Below, piece after piece: positions 36,187-45,976 of a stretch of DNA of 64,000 nt. The stretch is from an uncultured Eubacterium sp. (lineage in GTDB: Bacteria; Bacillota; Clostridia; Lachnospirales; Lachnospiraceae). A program made the translations under genes and the position numbers. The notes under the pieces were generated by a model, which worked only from the letters and a program-made list of their open reading frames with translations, had not been told where the DNA came from and did not search any database. The stretch is from assembly GCA_910584875.1 (NCBI GenBank), contig CAJUDA010000018.1:921-64920 (forward strand), given 5' to 3'. Positions within the stretch are counted from its first letter, which is position 1. The number at the start of each line of letters is the position of its first letter.

Positions 36187-37818
36187 TTATACACCTCCCC
36201 AGTCTTCGTTGATCCAGTTACGAAGCAGGAGTGCCACCGCTTCCGGATTCTCATCCACAAACCGTTCTATCATGACTCTTGTTTCTGATTTATCACCCAT
36301 TTCAATCTCTTCCAGACTCTTTTCCGATTCCTGGGTCGTAGCCAGCAGATCCTCCACTGACAGTTCCGGCTCCAGCTCTGTCACTTCTACCGGGGATGTA
36401 CCGCGGATAATGACAAAGACAAGCAGTCCGGCGATCAGTACCGTAAGCAGGATCATAAGATAATTTGTAACATTATCACTAAAGGAACCCTCTTCTGCCG
36501 CTTCATATACCGGCTTTTGTTTCACCTGGATCGTAATATTGTTATTTGCGATACCCGTGGCAGCAGCAACCAGCTGCACCAACTCCTCCGGTGTCTCCAG
36601 ATCCGTCACGGCACTGTTCTGTGCCACATATTCCTCAAAAGAGACGTCATCCAGAAGTCCCTGCTCCTCCAGGCTTTCTTCTTTCACTACATTATACTGT
36701 GTCAGTACGATCGCGATTGAGGATTCTTCCGGGATGACCGCCCCCACTTCGCGCTTGATGTTCTGCACAGTCTCATTGGGCAGGTAATCGTACTTGTCCA
36801 GTACTGTCTCTGTATTGGTCGTCCCACTGCCCTGCAGCATATTGTCCGTTACATCACCGTTGCTGTCCGTCCCCGGAATCCCGCCGGCACCGGACGTCCC
36901 TGTCGATTTATAATTATAGGAATGGGAATACAGACCCTGATCCTGCCCCTCATTCGCCGTATAGGTCTTGATCAGTTCTGTTACCTCATCCATATTCAAC
37001 CGGATATTGGCACTTCCGATCTGGACGTCATCGTAACCGGCTTTCATCAGCATTTCACTCGTATTTTTCACAAACTGGTTGCGCAGTTTTGTCTGGAATT
37101 CTGCATTGCTGGTGATCGCACCCCCCAGTGCATTCTCTTCCTTGGCACCGTACAGGAGGGTTCCTGTTGTGTCAGTGAGGACAATATTGTCTGTCGTGGC
37201 ATTGCCGACGGCATTGGCCAGATACTGGGCGAGCGCCGAAGCCGTCTCCGCTTTTATCTCGGTCGACTTTGCCAGTTTCAGCGCCGCACTGACAGAGGTT
37301 TCCTTTTTCTCACTATAGATCGTACCGTCATCGATCGGACGGTTAATATATACAGTGGCATCCTCCACGCCGTCAAAGTTCATCAGACCCTGCCGGATGG
37401 AAGACTGCATGGCAAGGGTTGCCTTTGTCTGTCTCTGCTCCGAAGAATCCACCATACTATTGTCCAGCGCATCCTCCCATGTCATGCCCTCGTCCGAAGA
37501 AATCTTGTTTTTACCCATAAGAAGAACAGCATCTGAATACGCTGACTGCTCTACGCTGAACACCGTACTTCCATTGCTGTTTGATTCCTTCTTAAATTTT
37601 ATCCCTTCTCCTTCAAGCTGCTCATCAAACTCAGAAGCCGCATCACCACTGAGGGTGACCAGCTGCGTATAAACCGGTCTGGTGAGAAAATAGCTAAGCA
37701 AAACCAAAGCAAAGAAAATCGCCAGCACTACACAAATAATTACGGTTTTCTGCTTCGTCGTATATTTATTCCAAAATTCCAGGATCTTATCCTTGATCGC
37801 TATCAACTGGTCCATCAT
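36187..37818 (-). CDS. fliF: Flagellar MS-ring protein FliF
   Basis: Two TM segments, GGIPGTDSN, C-terminal NPEAVALLLRNWI. Confidence 0.92.
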   Translation of the reverse strand: MMDQLIAIKDKILEFWNKYTTKQKTVIICVVLAIFFALVLLSYFLTRPVYTQLVTLSGDAASEFDEQLEGEGIKFKKESNSNGSTVFSVEQSAYSDAVLLMGKNKISSDEGMTWEDALDNSMVDSSEQRQTKATLAMQSSIRQGLMNFDGVEDATVYINRPIDDGTIYSEKKETSVSAALKLAKSTEIKAETASALAQYLANAVGNATTDNIVLTDTTGTLLYGAKEENALGGAITSNAEFQTKLRNQFVKNTSEMLMKAGYDDVQIGSANIRLNMDEVTELIKTYTANEGQDQGLYSHSYNYKSTGTSGAGGIPGTDSNGDVTDNMLQGSGTTNTETVLDKYDYLPNETVQNIKREVGAVIPEESSIAIVLTQYNVVKEESLEEQGLLDDVSFEEYVAQNSAVTDLETPEELVQLVAAATGIANNNITIQVKQKPVYEAAEEGSFSDNVTNYLMILLTVLIAGLLVFVIIRGTSPVEVTELEPELSVEDLLATTQESEKSLEEIEMGDKSETRVMIERFVDENPEAVALLLRNWINEDWGGV

Positions 37819-37861
37819 AAGCTACATCGCTCCCTAAAGCTACATTTTCTCATGTCCTTAT

Positions 37862-38185
37862 CTAGAACTGCATATTCATCAATGTCCGATATGCCTCCAC
37901 TGCTGTATTTTTTACAGCAACGGTATACTGCAGAGATACATTCGCCTTCTGCTGTGCGATCAACAGATCGTGAAGGCTGTCCGATTCTCCTGTTGCATAC
38001 CGGATCTCCTCCACTTCCGCCGCATTCGAATAATTTTCTGTCTGTCGCACCAGTTTCATTGCCGAATTCAGCACACTGTCAAAGCTCACTGTGCCATCTG
38101 CCGTATCCTCCTGAAAAGGATTTACCGTCGGATACCTGCTGACACCCTCCAGACCATTTATGGCGGATAAACTCGTCAAATCCAT
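37862..38185 (-). CDS. fliE: Hook-basal body protein FliE
   Basis: LHDLLIAQQKANVSLQ..VEAYRTLMNMQF. Confidence 0.93.
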   Translation of the reverse strand: MDLTSLSAINGLEGVSRYPTVNPFQEDTADGTVSFDSVLNSAMKLVRQTENYSNAAEVEEIRYATGESDSLHDLLIAQQKANVSLQYTVAVKNTAVEAYRTLMNMQF

Positions 38186-38205
38186 GTTATGTTAAGCCTC
38201 CCTCT

Positions 38206-38643
38206 TTATGCCTGCCCGATGTTCAAAGCCCGCATCGCCATGCCCTTTGTCGAATTCAAAACTGTTACATTTGCCTCAAAAGCACGGGTGGCATCGATCA
38301 TATTGGTCATTTCTGTCACCGTATTTACATTGGGATATGTGACATATCCATCCTCATTGGCATCCGGATGGGACGGGTCATAAACCATATTTCCCTCGGA
38401 TGGATCTTCCACGATCCTTGACACCTTTACCCCCTTGCCGATATGCCCGTTTGCCATACCAAGTGTCTCACTGAACGTTGGATAGCTCTTCTCTTCAAAC
38501 AGGACCGTCTTTCTTCTATATACATTGCCATTTCCATCCCTTGTCGTATTGACATTCGCAATATTCTGGGAAATGGTATCCATGCGGGTCTGCTGCGCCG
38601 TCATACCAGTCGCGCTCACATCCATAGCTCCAAACACTGACAT
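38206..38643 (-). CDS. flgC: Basal-body rod protein FlgC
   Basis: NIANVNTTR, YDPSHPDA, PNVNTVTEM. Confidence 0.97.
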   Translation of the reverse strand: MSVFGAMDVSATGMTAQQTRMDTISQNIANVNTTRDGNGNVYRRKTVLFEEKSYPTFSETLGMANGHIGKGVKVSRIVEDPSEGNMVYDPSHPDANEDGYVTYPNVNTVTEMTNMIDATRAFEANVTVLNSTKGMAMRALNIGQA

Positions 38644-38687
38644 TTGTCGTTCCCCCTTTAAATAGTATTATTGATTCACCGGTCTGT

Positions 38688-39077
38688 TTATGTAGTCTTC
38701 AATGCCACTTTCAGACGCGAAAATTCATCACTGATCGAACTCATCAGCGTGTAATATTTTAACTGGTTTTTTGCCAGTTCAACATTCTCGGTAGAAATGT
38801 CCACATTATTGCCATCCATGCGGTAGCTGAGTCCCGCCTGTTCGGTATAGGTAGTAGCTTCCAGTGTGCTCAGATCGATATTCGCCACTGTCTCATCCAG
38901 CGTATCCGTCCCTGCCACAGCATTGGAAAGATATGTCTCAAACTGAACATCTTTGCGTTTATACCCCGGCGTATCCGCATTGGCAATGTTATTTGCCAGT
39001 ACATCGTTACGGGTCCAGCTGGCATCTGCCGCCTTATCCAGCACATTAATATAATTATATGCATTCGATAAAACCAC
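38688..39077 (-). CDS. flgB: Basal-body rod protein FlgB
   Basis: ANNIANADTPGYKRKD, RMDGNNVD; exact start uncertain (GTG). Confidence 0.95.
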   Translation of the reverse strand: MVLSNAYNYINVLDKAADASWTRNDVLANNIANADTPGYKRKDVQFETYLSNAVAGTDTLDETVANIDLSTLEATTYTEQAGLSYRMDGNNVDISTENVELAKNQLKYYTLMSSISDEFSRLKVALKTT

Positions 39078-39169
39078 AACTTCACTTCCCTTCTGTCTCA
39101 CCTGAATCTAAAATATTCTACAGAAAACGCAAAAAGATTTATGAATCCTGTTCACAACTCCATTTGCGT

Positions 39170-39952
39170 TTATCCATTCCATTTTTCCCTGTAGTAACTG
39201 TCAAACTCTGTATACACAATATCATTGAGAATCTCGATATGTGTCCCTTTCATACCGGAAGACTTTGTCTTGATCAATCCGGCGCTCTCCAGTTTTCTGA
39301 GAGCATTCACGATCACCGTCCTTGTGATGCCAATCTTCGCAGCAAGCTTACTAGTGACAAGCGTCCCGGCTTCACCGCCAAGTTCGTGGATCACATAAGT
39401 CACTGCCTTTTGTTCCAGCGGAGTGAGTGTGGTCAGCGCAGAAGAAAAATTTTTCTTCTTATGCTCTTCCTGGTCCGACTCCTCCTGAACTGCCCTCATT
39501 ATTTCCAATCCGACTACAGTTGTACTATATTCACTTAAAATAATATCCTCAATGCTGTAAGGCTCTCCCCTGCGATACAAAAACAATGTTCCCAGCCGTT
39601 CGCCGGAAATACTGATGGGTGTGATCAGGGCTTCATAACCGCCAATCTCATCACCAGGAAACCCCAGCACCTCAAGATTAACGTTTTCCTTCGTCGACAG
39701 CACAGTCAGAAAACGATCATTCAGTTTCGTCTCAATATAACTGCCCCGCTTATCCTGAAACCCTTTTATCGATCCTTCGGGATCGGTTACATATGTCCCC
39801 AGCATCTTGCCTTTGCCGCTGATGATATAGGCATGGGAACCCATCAGCTGTCCAAGAACCTGACAGATATCCGCAAAAGCAACCTTGGATGACCGCTTGT
39901 CATTCAGAAGCCGGTTTATCTTACGGGTCTTGTCTAAAAGTTCAACACTCAT
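39170..39952 (-). CDS. codY: CodY-family pleiotropic regulator
   Basis: LLDKTRKIN, GERLGTL, TVVGLEI, GITRTVIVNALRKLESAG, GMKGT. Confidence 0.93.
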   Translation of the reverse strand: MSVELLDKTRKINRLLNDKRSSKVAFADICQVLGQLMGSHAYIISGKGKMLGTYVTDPEGSIKGFQDKRGSYIETKLNDRFLTVLSTKENVNLEVLGFPGDEIGGYEALITPISISGERLGTLFLYRRGEPYSIEDIILSEYSTTVVGLEIMRAVQEESDQEEHKKKNFSSALTTLTPLEQKAVTYVIHELGGEAGTLVTSKLAAKIGITRTVIVNALRKLESAGLIKTKSSGMKGTHIEILNDIVYTEFDSYYREKWNG

Positions 39953-39980
39953 CGCATCCTCCTAGCAGCCTCATGAAACA

Positions 39981-40009
39981 ATTCTACCATAAAGTCAAGC
40001 TGTTGACAA
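39981..40009 (-). promoter_or_regulatory. sigmaA promoter of codY (may read into the flagellar operon)
   Basis: TTGTCA-N17-TAGAAT with a TG extension. Confidence 0.65.
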
Positions 40010-40012
40010 GTA

Positions 40013-42079
40013 TTAACTCTTGGGTTTTTCTGACAGGTACCCACAGGCGGGGTCAGCACACACCAGTTTATTCCCCTTTTCCAGCAGCATACCGCCGCAA
40101 TCCGGGCATTTTTCCGGGGATGGCTTCTGCCATGTCATCAGATCACATTCTGGGTTATTGATACAGCCATAATACCGCCGGCCCTTCTGTGTCTTCCGGA
40201 TCACGATGTCGCCTCCACACTTCGGGCACGATACACCGATCTTTTCATAATACGGCTTTGTATTGCGGCAGTCCGGGAATCCCGGGCACGCCAGAAACTT
40301 CCCGTGCGGACCATATTTGATCACCATATTGCGCCCGCAGTGCTCACAGATCTCATCGGTCACTTCATCCTCGATCTCAATCTTCTCCAGCGCCTCCTCT
40401 GCCTGGTTCACCGCCTGTTCCAGATCCGGGTAAAAATTCCGTATGATAGTCTTCCATTCCACTGATCCGTCCGCCACACCATCCAGCAGGGCCTCCATCG
40501 TTGCCGTAAAGTTGACATCCACAATGCTCGGAAACGCACTGACCATAATTTCATTGACGATATCGCCCAGCTCCGACAGATACAGATTTTTCTTCTCCTT
40601 CGCCACATACCGCCTGGAGATCAGGGTTGATATCGTCGGCGCATATGTGCTGGGGCGCCCGATACCAAGCTCTTCTAACGCTTTTACAAGAGACGCCTCT
40701 GTATAATGTGCCGGAGGCTGTGTAAAGTGCTGTTCCTCCTTTAAGTCATCGAGAGACAGCACAGATTCTGCCCTGACCCTGGCAAGAACGGCGTTTGCCT
40801 CCTCTTTATCATCATCCTGCTGATATACTGTCATAAATCCAGGTACGACCAGCCGGGAGCCGGAACTCGTAAAACGGTGTCCATTGCCATCAATCTTCAC
40901 CGATGTGGTCTCATATTTTGCTGAATGCATCCGGCTCGCCACAAAACGTTTCCAGATCAGCTGGTAGAGCCGGAACTGGTCCCTGCTCAGGGAATCTTTG
41001 ATCTGTGCCGGCGTCAGTTCGGTATATGTGGGACGGATCGCCTCATGGGCATCCTGGATCTTCTTTTTGTCTTTCGCCGCATTTGTTCCTTCGATCACAT
41101 TCTCCGCACCATAGTTATCTGCGATAAAAGCCTTACATGCCTGATCCGCTTCCTCGGAAATACGGGTGGAATCCGTTCTCAGATAAGTGATCAGACCGAT
41201 CGTCCCGTGTCCCTTTACCTTGATCCCCTCATACAGCTGCTGGGCGACCTGCATCGTCTTCCTCGTCGCAAAATTTAAGTGTTTGGCGCATTCCTGCTGC
41301 AGCGTGGAAGTGGTAAATGGCAGTGGTGGTCTCTTGACTCTCTCACTCTTGCGGATATCCGAGATCTGGTACTCCGCATCCTTCAGATCTTCCATGATCT
41401 TCTGTATTTCCTCCCTGGATGTGATCTCCTTCTTTTCCGGATTTCCATAATATTTTGCCACCAATGGCTTTTTTACCCCTTTTACGGCAAATTGTGCCTC
41501 CAGTGTCCAGTATTCCTTCGGTATAAAAGCATCGATCTGTGCTTCCCGGTCCGCTATGATCCGCAGCGCCACTGACTGCACGCGCCCTGCACTCAGCCCT
41601 CTCTTTACCTTCTGCCAGAGCAGCGGACTGATGGAATATCCCACCATGCGGTCCAGTACGCGCCTCGCCTGCTGGGCGTCCACCAGATCCATATCAATAT
41701 CCCTGGACTGTTTCAGCGACTGCCTCACCGCATTTTTCGTTATCTCATTAAATGTGATCCGGCTTGTCTTACTGGGATCCAGCTTTAGCGCCTGGCAAAG
41801 ATGCCAGGAGATCGCCTCCCCCTCCCGGTCCGGGTCCGTCGCAAGAAATACCCTGTCTGCCTTTTTCACTTCCTTGCGAAGTCCGGCAAGCAGCTCGCCC
41901 TTCCCCCGTATCGTGATATAATGCGGTTCAAAATCATTTTCAAAGTCAATCCCCATCTGGCTTTTCGGCATATCCCTCACATGCCCGTTAGAAGCCACTA
42001 CCTCATAATTTTTTCCAAGAAACTTCTTTATCGTCTTGGACTTGGCAGGTGATTCTACAATTATCAGATTTTTAGCCAT
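40013..42079 (-). CDS. topA: DNA topoisomerase I
   Basis: IVESPAK, ATDPDREGE, SAGRVQS, ITYLRTDS, C-terminal zinc ribbons. Confidence 0.98.
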   Translation of the reverse strand: MAKNLIIVESPAKSKTIKKFLGKNYEVVASNGHVRDMPKSQMGIDFENDFEPHYITIRGKGELLAGLRKEVKKADRVFLATDPDREGEAISWHLCQALKLDPSKTSRITFNEITKNAVRQSLKQSRDIDMDLVDAQQARRVLDRMVGYSISPLLWQKVKRGLSAGRVQSVALRIIADREAQIDAFIPKEYWTLEAQFAVKGVKKPLVAKYYGNPEKKEITSREEIQKIMEDLKDAEYQISDIRKSERVKRPPLPFTTSTLQQECAKHLNFATRKTMQVAQQLYEGIKVKGHGTIGLITYLRTDSTRISEEADQACKAFIADNYGAENVIEGTNAAKDKKKIQDAHEAIRPTYTELTPAQIKDSLSRDQFRLYQLIWKRFVASRMHSAKYETTSVKIDGNGHRFTSSGSRLVVPGFMTVYQQDDDKEEANAVLARVRAESVLSLDDLKEEQHFTQPPAHYTEASLVKALEELGIGRPSTYAPTISTLISRRYVAKEKKNLYLSELGDIVNEIMVSAFPSIVDVNFTATMEALLDGVADGSVEWKTIIRNFYPDLEQAVNQAEEALEKIEIEDEVTDEICEHCGRNMVIKYGPHGKFLACPGFPDCRNTKPYYEKIGVSCPKCGGDIVIRKTQKGRRYYGCINNPECDLMTWQKPSPEKCPDCGGMLLEKGNKLVCADPACGYLSEKPKS

Positions 42080-42161
42080 GCTACCGCTCCCTTTATTTGT
42101 TTATTTACCTGGCGGCACAAAGTCCCCCTGATCCGCCACCGTCAGGCTTGCAACATCAATC

Positions 42162-42190
42162 AGCATACACCATTTTTTTTTGACTTTCAA
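42162..42190 (-). promoter_or_regulatory. sigmaA promoter of topA
   Basis: TTGAAA-N17-TATGCT. Confidence 0.55.
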
Positions 42191-42243
42191 GAAAAATATT
42201 AATTTTATCTAAATTTTTTAATCCGAAGACGCCTTTGTGATGC

Positions 42244-43350
42244 TCAGGACAAAGAAAAATATCCCCGGGAAATTTCTCTGACCCTCCCCTGTTTCTTCCA
42301 TTTAATAAGCTGCCTCAGAAGTTCTGTCCGGTCTGCTCCCGTCTGCAGTTCCATCTCTGTCAGTGAAACCGGCTGTTTTGATAACATATGCAGAATCTCC
42401 CTCTTCCATGACAAAAGGTCTTCCCCGGAATCTTCTTCTGTCTGCGCCAGCCCGTAATATTCCAGGATATCCGACGGCGACAGCACGGGAACTGCTCCCT
42501 GGCGGATCAGGCGGTTGCATCCTACGCTTAGTTCATCCCCGATCCTGCCTGGAATCACAAACACATCCTTCCCCTGATCCAGCGCCGCATCTGCCGTGAT
42601 CAGGGAACCGCTCCTCTCTCTCGCCTCCACCACAAGGATACCGTCCGAAAGAGCGCTGATGATCCGGTTACGCATAGGAAAAAACCCCGGTCTCGCTTTC
42701 GTCCCCACAGGCAGTTCTGACAAAATGCCTCCTCTCAGCCGGATGCTCTCATACAATCTGCAGTGGATGGCAGGATAACAGACATCTACCCCGCAGCCAA
42801 GGACAGCAAATGTGTCGCCCCCGCTCTCCAGCGCTCCCTGGTGTGCCCATCCATCCACTCCCTTTGCCATTCCGCTGATCACCTGGACCCCCGCCCCGGC
42901 GAGACGATATCCAAAAAGACGCGCCATATCCCTCCCGTATAACGTGCAGTTCCTCGCTCCCACAATCCCGATCGACCGCCGGGACGGATCCGGCAGTCCG
43001 CCTCTCACATACAGATGTACCGGCGGATCAAAAATCTTCTGCAGCCTTTCCGGATAATCGTCACCATAAAAGGAAACATACCGGATCCCTCTCTGTGAAA
43101 GGGCAGACCAGCTCTGACGGGACTGATCCCTGCCCTCCCGGCTGGTGATCTGTTCGATCAATGAGGGCGTTATCCCCGATACCTGCTGCAGTTCTTCGCA
43201 GGATGCCTGATATACCCGGGACGCCCTGCCAAAATGCCCCATCAGTTTTTGCATCGTGCGCATGCCGATCCCCGGCACACCAGCGAGCCAGTACAGATAC
43301 CACGACTCCTGCCCACAGACTGATGTATCATATTTCCCCTGTCCACTCAT
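42244..43350 (-). CDS. dprA: DNA processing protein DprA
   Basis: IVGAR, ISGMAKGVD, FPMRNRIIS, SGSLITA, GCNRLI. Confidence 0.96.
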   Translation of the reverse strand: MSGQGKYDTSVCGQESWYLYWLAGVPGIGMRTMQKLMGHFGRASRVYQASCEELQQVSGITPSLIEQITSREGRDQSRQSWSALSQRGIRYVSFYGDDYPERLQKIFDPPVHLYVRGGLPDPSRRSIGIVGARNCTLYGRDMARLFGYRLAGAGVQVISGMAKGVDGWAHQGALESGGDTFAVLGCGVDVCYPAIHCRLYESIRLRGGILSELPVGTKARPGFFPMRNRIISALSDGILVVEARERSGSLITADAALDQGKDVFVIPGRIGDELSVGCNRLIRQGAVPVLSPSDILEYYGLAQTEEDSGEDLLSWKREILHMLSKQPVSLTEMELQTGADRTELLRQLIKWKKQGRVREISRGYFSLS

Positions 43351-44879
43351 CGCAGTTCACCACCCCAGTATTTTCTGTCAATGCTGCGCAGACAGACCGC
43401 CTCCGTAATATGTGGTGCCTGGATCTGTTCCGATCCTTCCATATCCGCAATAGTACGCGCAACCTTCAGGATCCTGGCGATCTTTCTGGCACTGCACGCC
43501 TCGGCGCGGAAAAAGTCTTCCAGATACTCTTTCTCGCTCTTCGCCAGAGGGCAGTATTTTGCCAGTGTCTTTTGCGGCAGCTGGCTGTTGTAAGAAAAAT
43601 CCTCTTTCTGATACCGTTTTTTCTGGATATCTGTGGTGCGCTGCACCCGCTCCCGGATTTGTGCAGAACTCTCTGCACTCTCCTCATACAGGTGGAATTC
43701 AGGCGCGCCAGTCTCTACGCAGATATCCATACGGTCCAGGAGAGGTTCACTGACCTTCCCCAGATAGCGGTGGATCTCACTCAGCGTACAGCGGCATTTG
43801 TCCCTGTCTGGATAATACCCGCAGTGACAGGGATTCATCGCCGCCACAAACATGCAGTCTGACGGATACTCTTCGGAATATCCTACCCGCGAAACGGTAA
43901 CCTTCTGTTCTTCCAGCGGCTGGCGCAGCACCTCCAGTGTTCCCCTTGCAAACTCTGTCAGCTCATCCAGAAACAGTACGCCCTTGGAAGCAAGACTGAT
44001 CTCTCCCGGCATGGGAATCCTGCCGCCCCCGGTAAGCGCCGCTGCCGTCACTGTATGGTGCGGCGCCCGGAACGGTCTTCTGACTACTACCGGCATCTCC
44101 GGGGACAGCATCCCCCGGATACTGTACAGACGGGTGACCTCCAGACTCTCCTGGAGATCCATCTCTGGCATTATGGCAGGGATCCGTTTCGCCAGCATTG
44201 TCTTGCCGGAGCCGGGTGGTCCGATCATCAGCAGATTATGCCTTCCGCTCACGGCAATCTCCGCTGCCCTCTTGAGATGGACATTTCCATTTACTTCTGA
44301 AAAATCCGGTTCCCCGCTGTCACGCCCACAAAAGGCAGCAAAAGAAAGAGTCTCTGGTGAGAGACAGATCTCTCCCCGCAGAAACCCCATAACCTCATAC
44401 AGGCTGCCCACGCCAAAAACTTTTACATCTTCCAGTACCGCACCCTCTGACGCATTTTCTCCCGGTACAATGAAACGGCGGATCCCCTGTTTCCTCCCCT
44501 CCAGGATCATCGCCAGAACACCCCGGACTCCCCGGACGCTTCCGTCCAGTCCCAGTTCTCCGATCAGCATCGTATCACGGGTAAGATCATCGGACAGGTG
44601 CCCAAAGGCACTGAGCAGGGAAATTGCGATCGGCAGATCAAAAGAAGTCCCCTCTTTGCGCAGATTTGCCGGGGACAGATTGATGGTGATCCTTTTTGCC
44701 GGAAACCGGATCCCCATATTGCGCACCGCGATGCGGACGCGCTCCCTTGCCTCCTTCACCGCAGAGGCAAGAAATCCCACCATATCAAAAACAGGCAGCC
44801 CGTCGCTGACGTCTGCCTCGATGCGGATCACCCTGGCATCCATGCCATAGACATCCGCTCCATATACGTTACTATACAT
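43347..44879 (-). CDS. comM: ComM/YifB Mg-chelatase-like AAA+ ATPase
   Basis: INLSPANLRKEG, GPPGSGKT, RPFRAPHH, LRQPLE, LKVARTIAD; start moved to MYSNV with a GAGGAGG RBS. Confidence 0.94.
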   Translation of the reverse strand: MYSNVYGADVYGMDARVIRIEADVSDGLPVFDMVGFLASAVKEARERVRIAVRNMGIRFPAKRITINLSPANLRKEGTSFDLPIAISLLSAFGHLSDDLTRDTMLIGELGLDGSVRGVRGVLAMILEGRKQGIRRFIVPGENASEGAVLEDVKVFGVGSLYEVMGFLRGEICLSPETLSFAAFCGRDSGEPDFSEVNGNVHLKRAAEIAVSGRHNLLMIGPPGSGKTMLAKRIPAIMPEMDLQESLEVTRLYSIRGMLSPEMPVVVRRPFRAPHHTVTAAALTGGGRIPMPGEISLASKGVLFLDELTEFARGTLEVLRQPLEEQKVTVSRVGYSEEYPSDCMFVAAMNPCHCGYYPDRDKCRCTLSEIHRYLGKVSEPLLDRMDICVETGAPEFHLYEESAESSAQIRERVQRTTDIQKKRYQKEDFSYNSQLPQKTLAKYCPLAKSEKEYLEDFFRAEACSARKIARILKVARTIADMEGSEQIQAPHITEAVCLRSIDRKYWGGELR

Positions 44880-44915
44880 ACGCCCTCCTCTTACGAGGAT
44901 CAATCTATGGTTATA

Positions 44916-44975
44916 AACATACCATAACCTCCCGGAAGATGCAAGAAGAAGAAATAATATTTTTCGGGAGGTGAT
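44916..44975 (-). promoter_or_regulatory. comM-dprA promoter overlapped by an inverted repeat
   Basis: TTGCAT-N17-TATGTT; 14/17 inverted repeat at 44924-44940 / 44959-44975. Confidence 0.5.
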
Positions 44976-44983
44976 ATCAGGGC

Positions 44984-45009
44984 AAAAAAGGGAGGACTCC
45001 GCCGCTCCC
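44984..45009 (-). terminator. Rho-independent terminator after nrdR
   Basis: GGGAG..CTCCC stem followed by T6 on the minus strand. Confidence 0.55.
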
Positions 45010-45032
45010 ATACACCTTATTGGACAACTTCC

Positions 45033-45494
45033 TTATTCCGACTGCTTATCCAGCAGTTTCTTGATCTCATCCATAAAGGTATTGACGTCTTTAAATTCCC
45101 GGTATACCGAGGCAAAACGCACATAGGCGACCGGATCCAGTTCCTGCAGTTTATCCATCAGGATCTCACCGATCTGGCTGCTGGGCACTTCTTTTTCACC
45201 CAGATTGAACACCGCACTCTCCACGCTGTCCACCAGGGCGTTGATCTGATCCACGGAAATCGGTCTCTTGATACAGGAGCGGAATACACCTCTCTCAATC
45301 TTGGACCGGTCATAGGGTTCTCTTGCCTCATCTTTTTTAATGATCACAAGAGGGATCGTCTCCAGTTTTTCATAGGTAGTAAACCGCTTACCACATTTCT
45401 CACATTTACGTCGTCTGCGGATCGAGCTGTTGTCGTCTGCCGGTCTGGAATCTATTACTTTGGTATTTTCTTCACCACAAAAGGGACATTTCAT
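45033..45494 (-). CDS. nrdR: Transcriptional repressor NrdR
   Basis: MKCPFC, IRRRRKC..C..RFTTYE, AYVRFASVY. Confidence 0.98.
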   Translation of the reverse strand: MKCPFCGEENTKVIDSRPADDNSSIRRRRKCEKCGKRFTTYEKLETIPLVIIKKDEAREPYDRSKIERGVFRSCIKRPISVDQINALVDSVESAVFNLGEKEVPSSQIGEILMDKLQELDPVAYVRFASVYREFKDVNTFMDEIKKLLDKQSE

Positions 45495-45566
45495 ACGTTT
45501 TCTCTCCTATCTGAAACAATAATCTGTAAAAACAGTATACGTTATTTTCCTGTGAAAGTAAAGACT

Positions 45567-45839
45567 TTATGTACAACATTTTTCCCTGCATTTCCTCCGT
45601 ACCTTTTCCAGATCCACTTCCACCAGGATCAGGTCGCATCCGATCTTACAAATATGGCAGAGCTCGATCACATATTCCTCCTCTCTTCCCAGTACACCAA
45701 AAAATTTACATGGTCCCGGCACGATAATATGGGTAATCCTGGCTGTACACAGGTCAAATTCCACATCTTCCACAAAACCGAGGCGTTCGCCGTCACAAAC
45801 ATTGATCACTTCTTTTTCCCTCAGGTCACAGATCCTCAT
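45567..45839 (-). CDS. YlmC/YmxH PRC-barrel sporulation protein
   Basis: LREKEVINVCDGERLG, KIGCDLILV. Confidence 0.9.
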   Translation of the reverse strand: MRICDLREKEVINVCDGERLGFVEDVEFDLCTARITHIIVPGPCKFFGVLGREEEYVIELCHICKIGCDLILVEVDLEKVRRKCREKCCT

Positions 45840-45976
45840 TGTAATCGCCCACTCAATTTTCTCTTGCTATTATTCTATCCATCTGCGCATAAATCGTGAC
45901 TCAGTTGTCAATGATATGTATTACACGGGAAGGACAGCGCAGAAAATCGCACTGCCGCTTCAGAATGGAGGATATC

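Noticed and set aside
39102..39171. Invertible 'flagellar switch' or c-di-GMP riboswitch before flgB, as in C. difficile
   Set aside because: The gap is too short for a riboswitch, flipping the 29 bp between the 9-bp inverted repeats does not create a better -35, and there is no recombinase nearby
42173..42181. Phase-variable A9 tract in the topA promoter spacer
   Set aside because: Short tract in an AT-rich promoter of an essential gene; no evidence of variation
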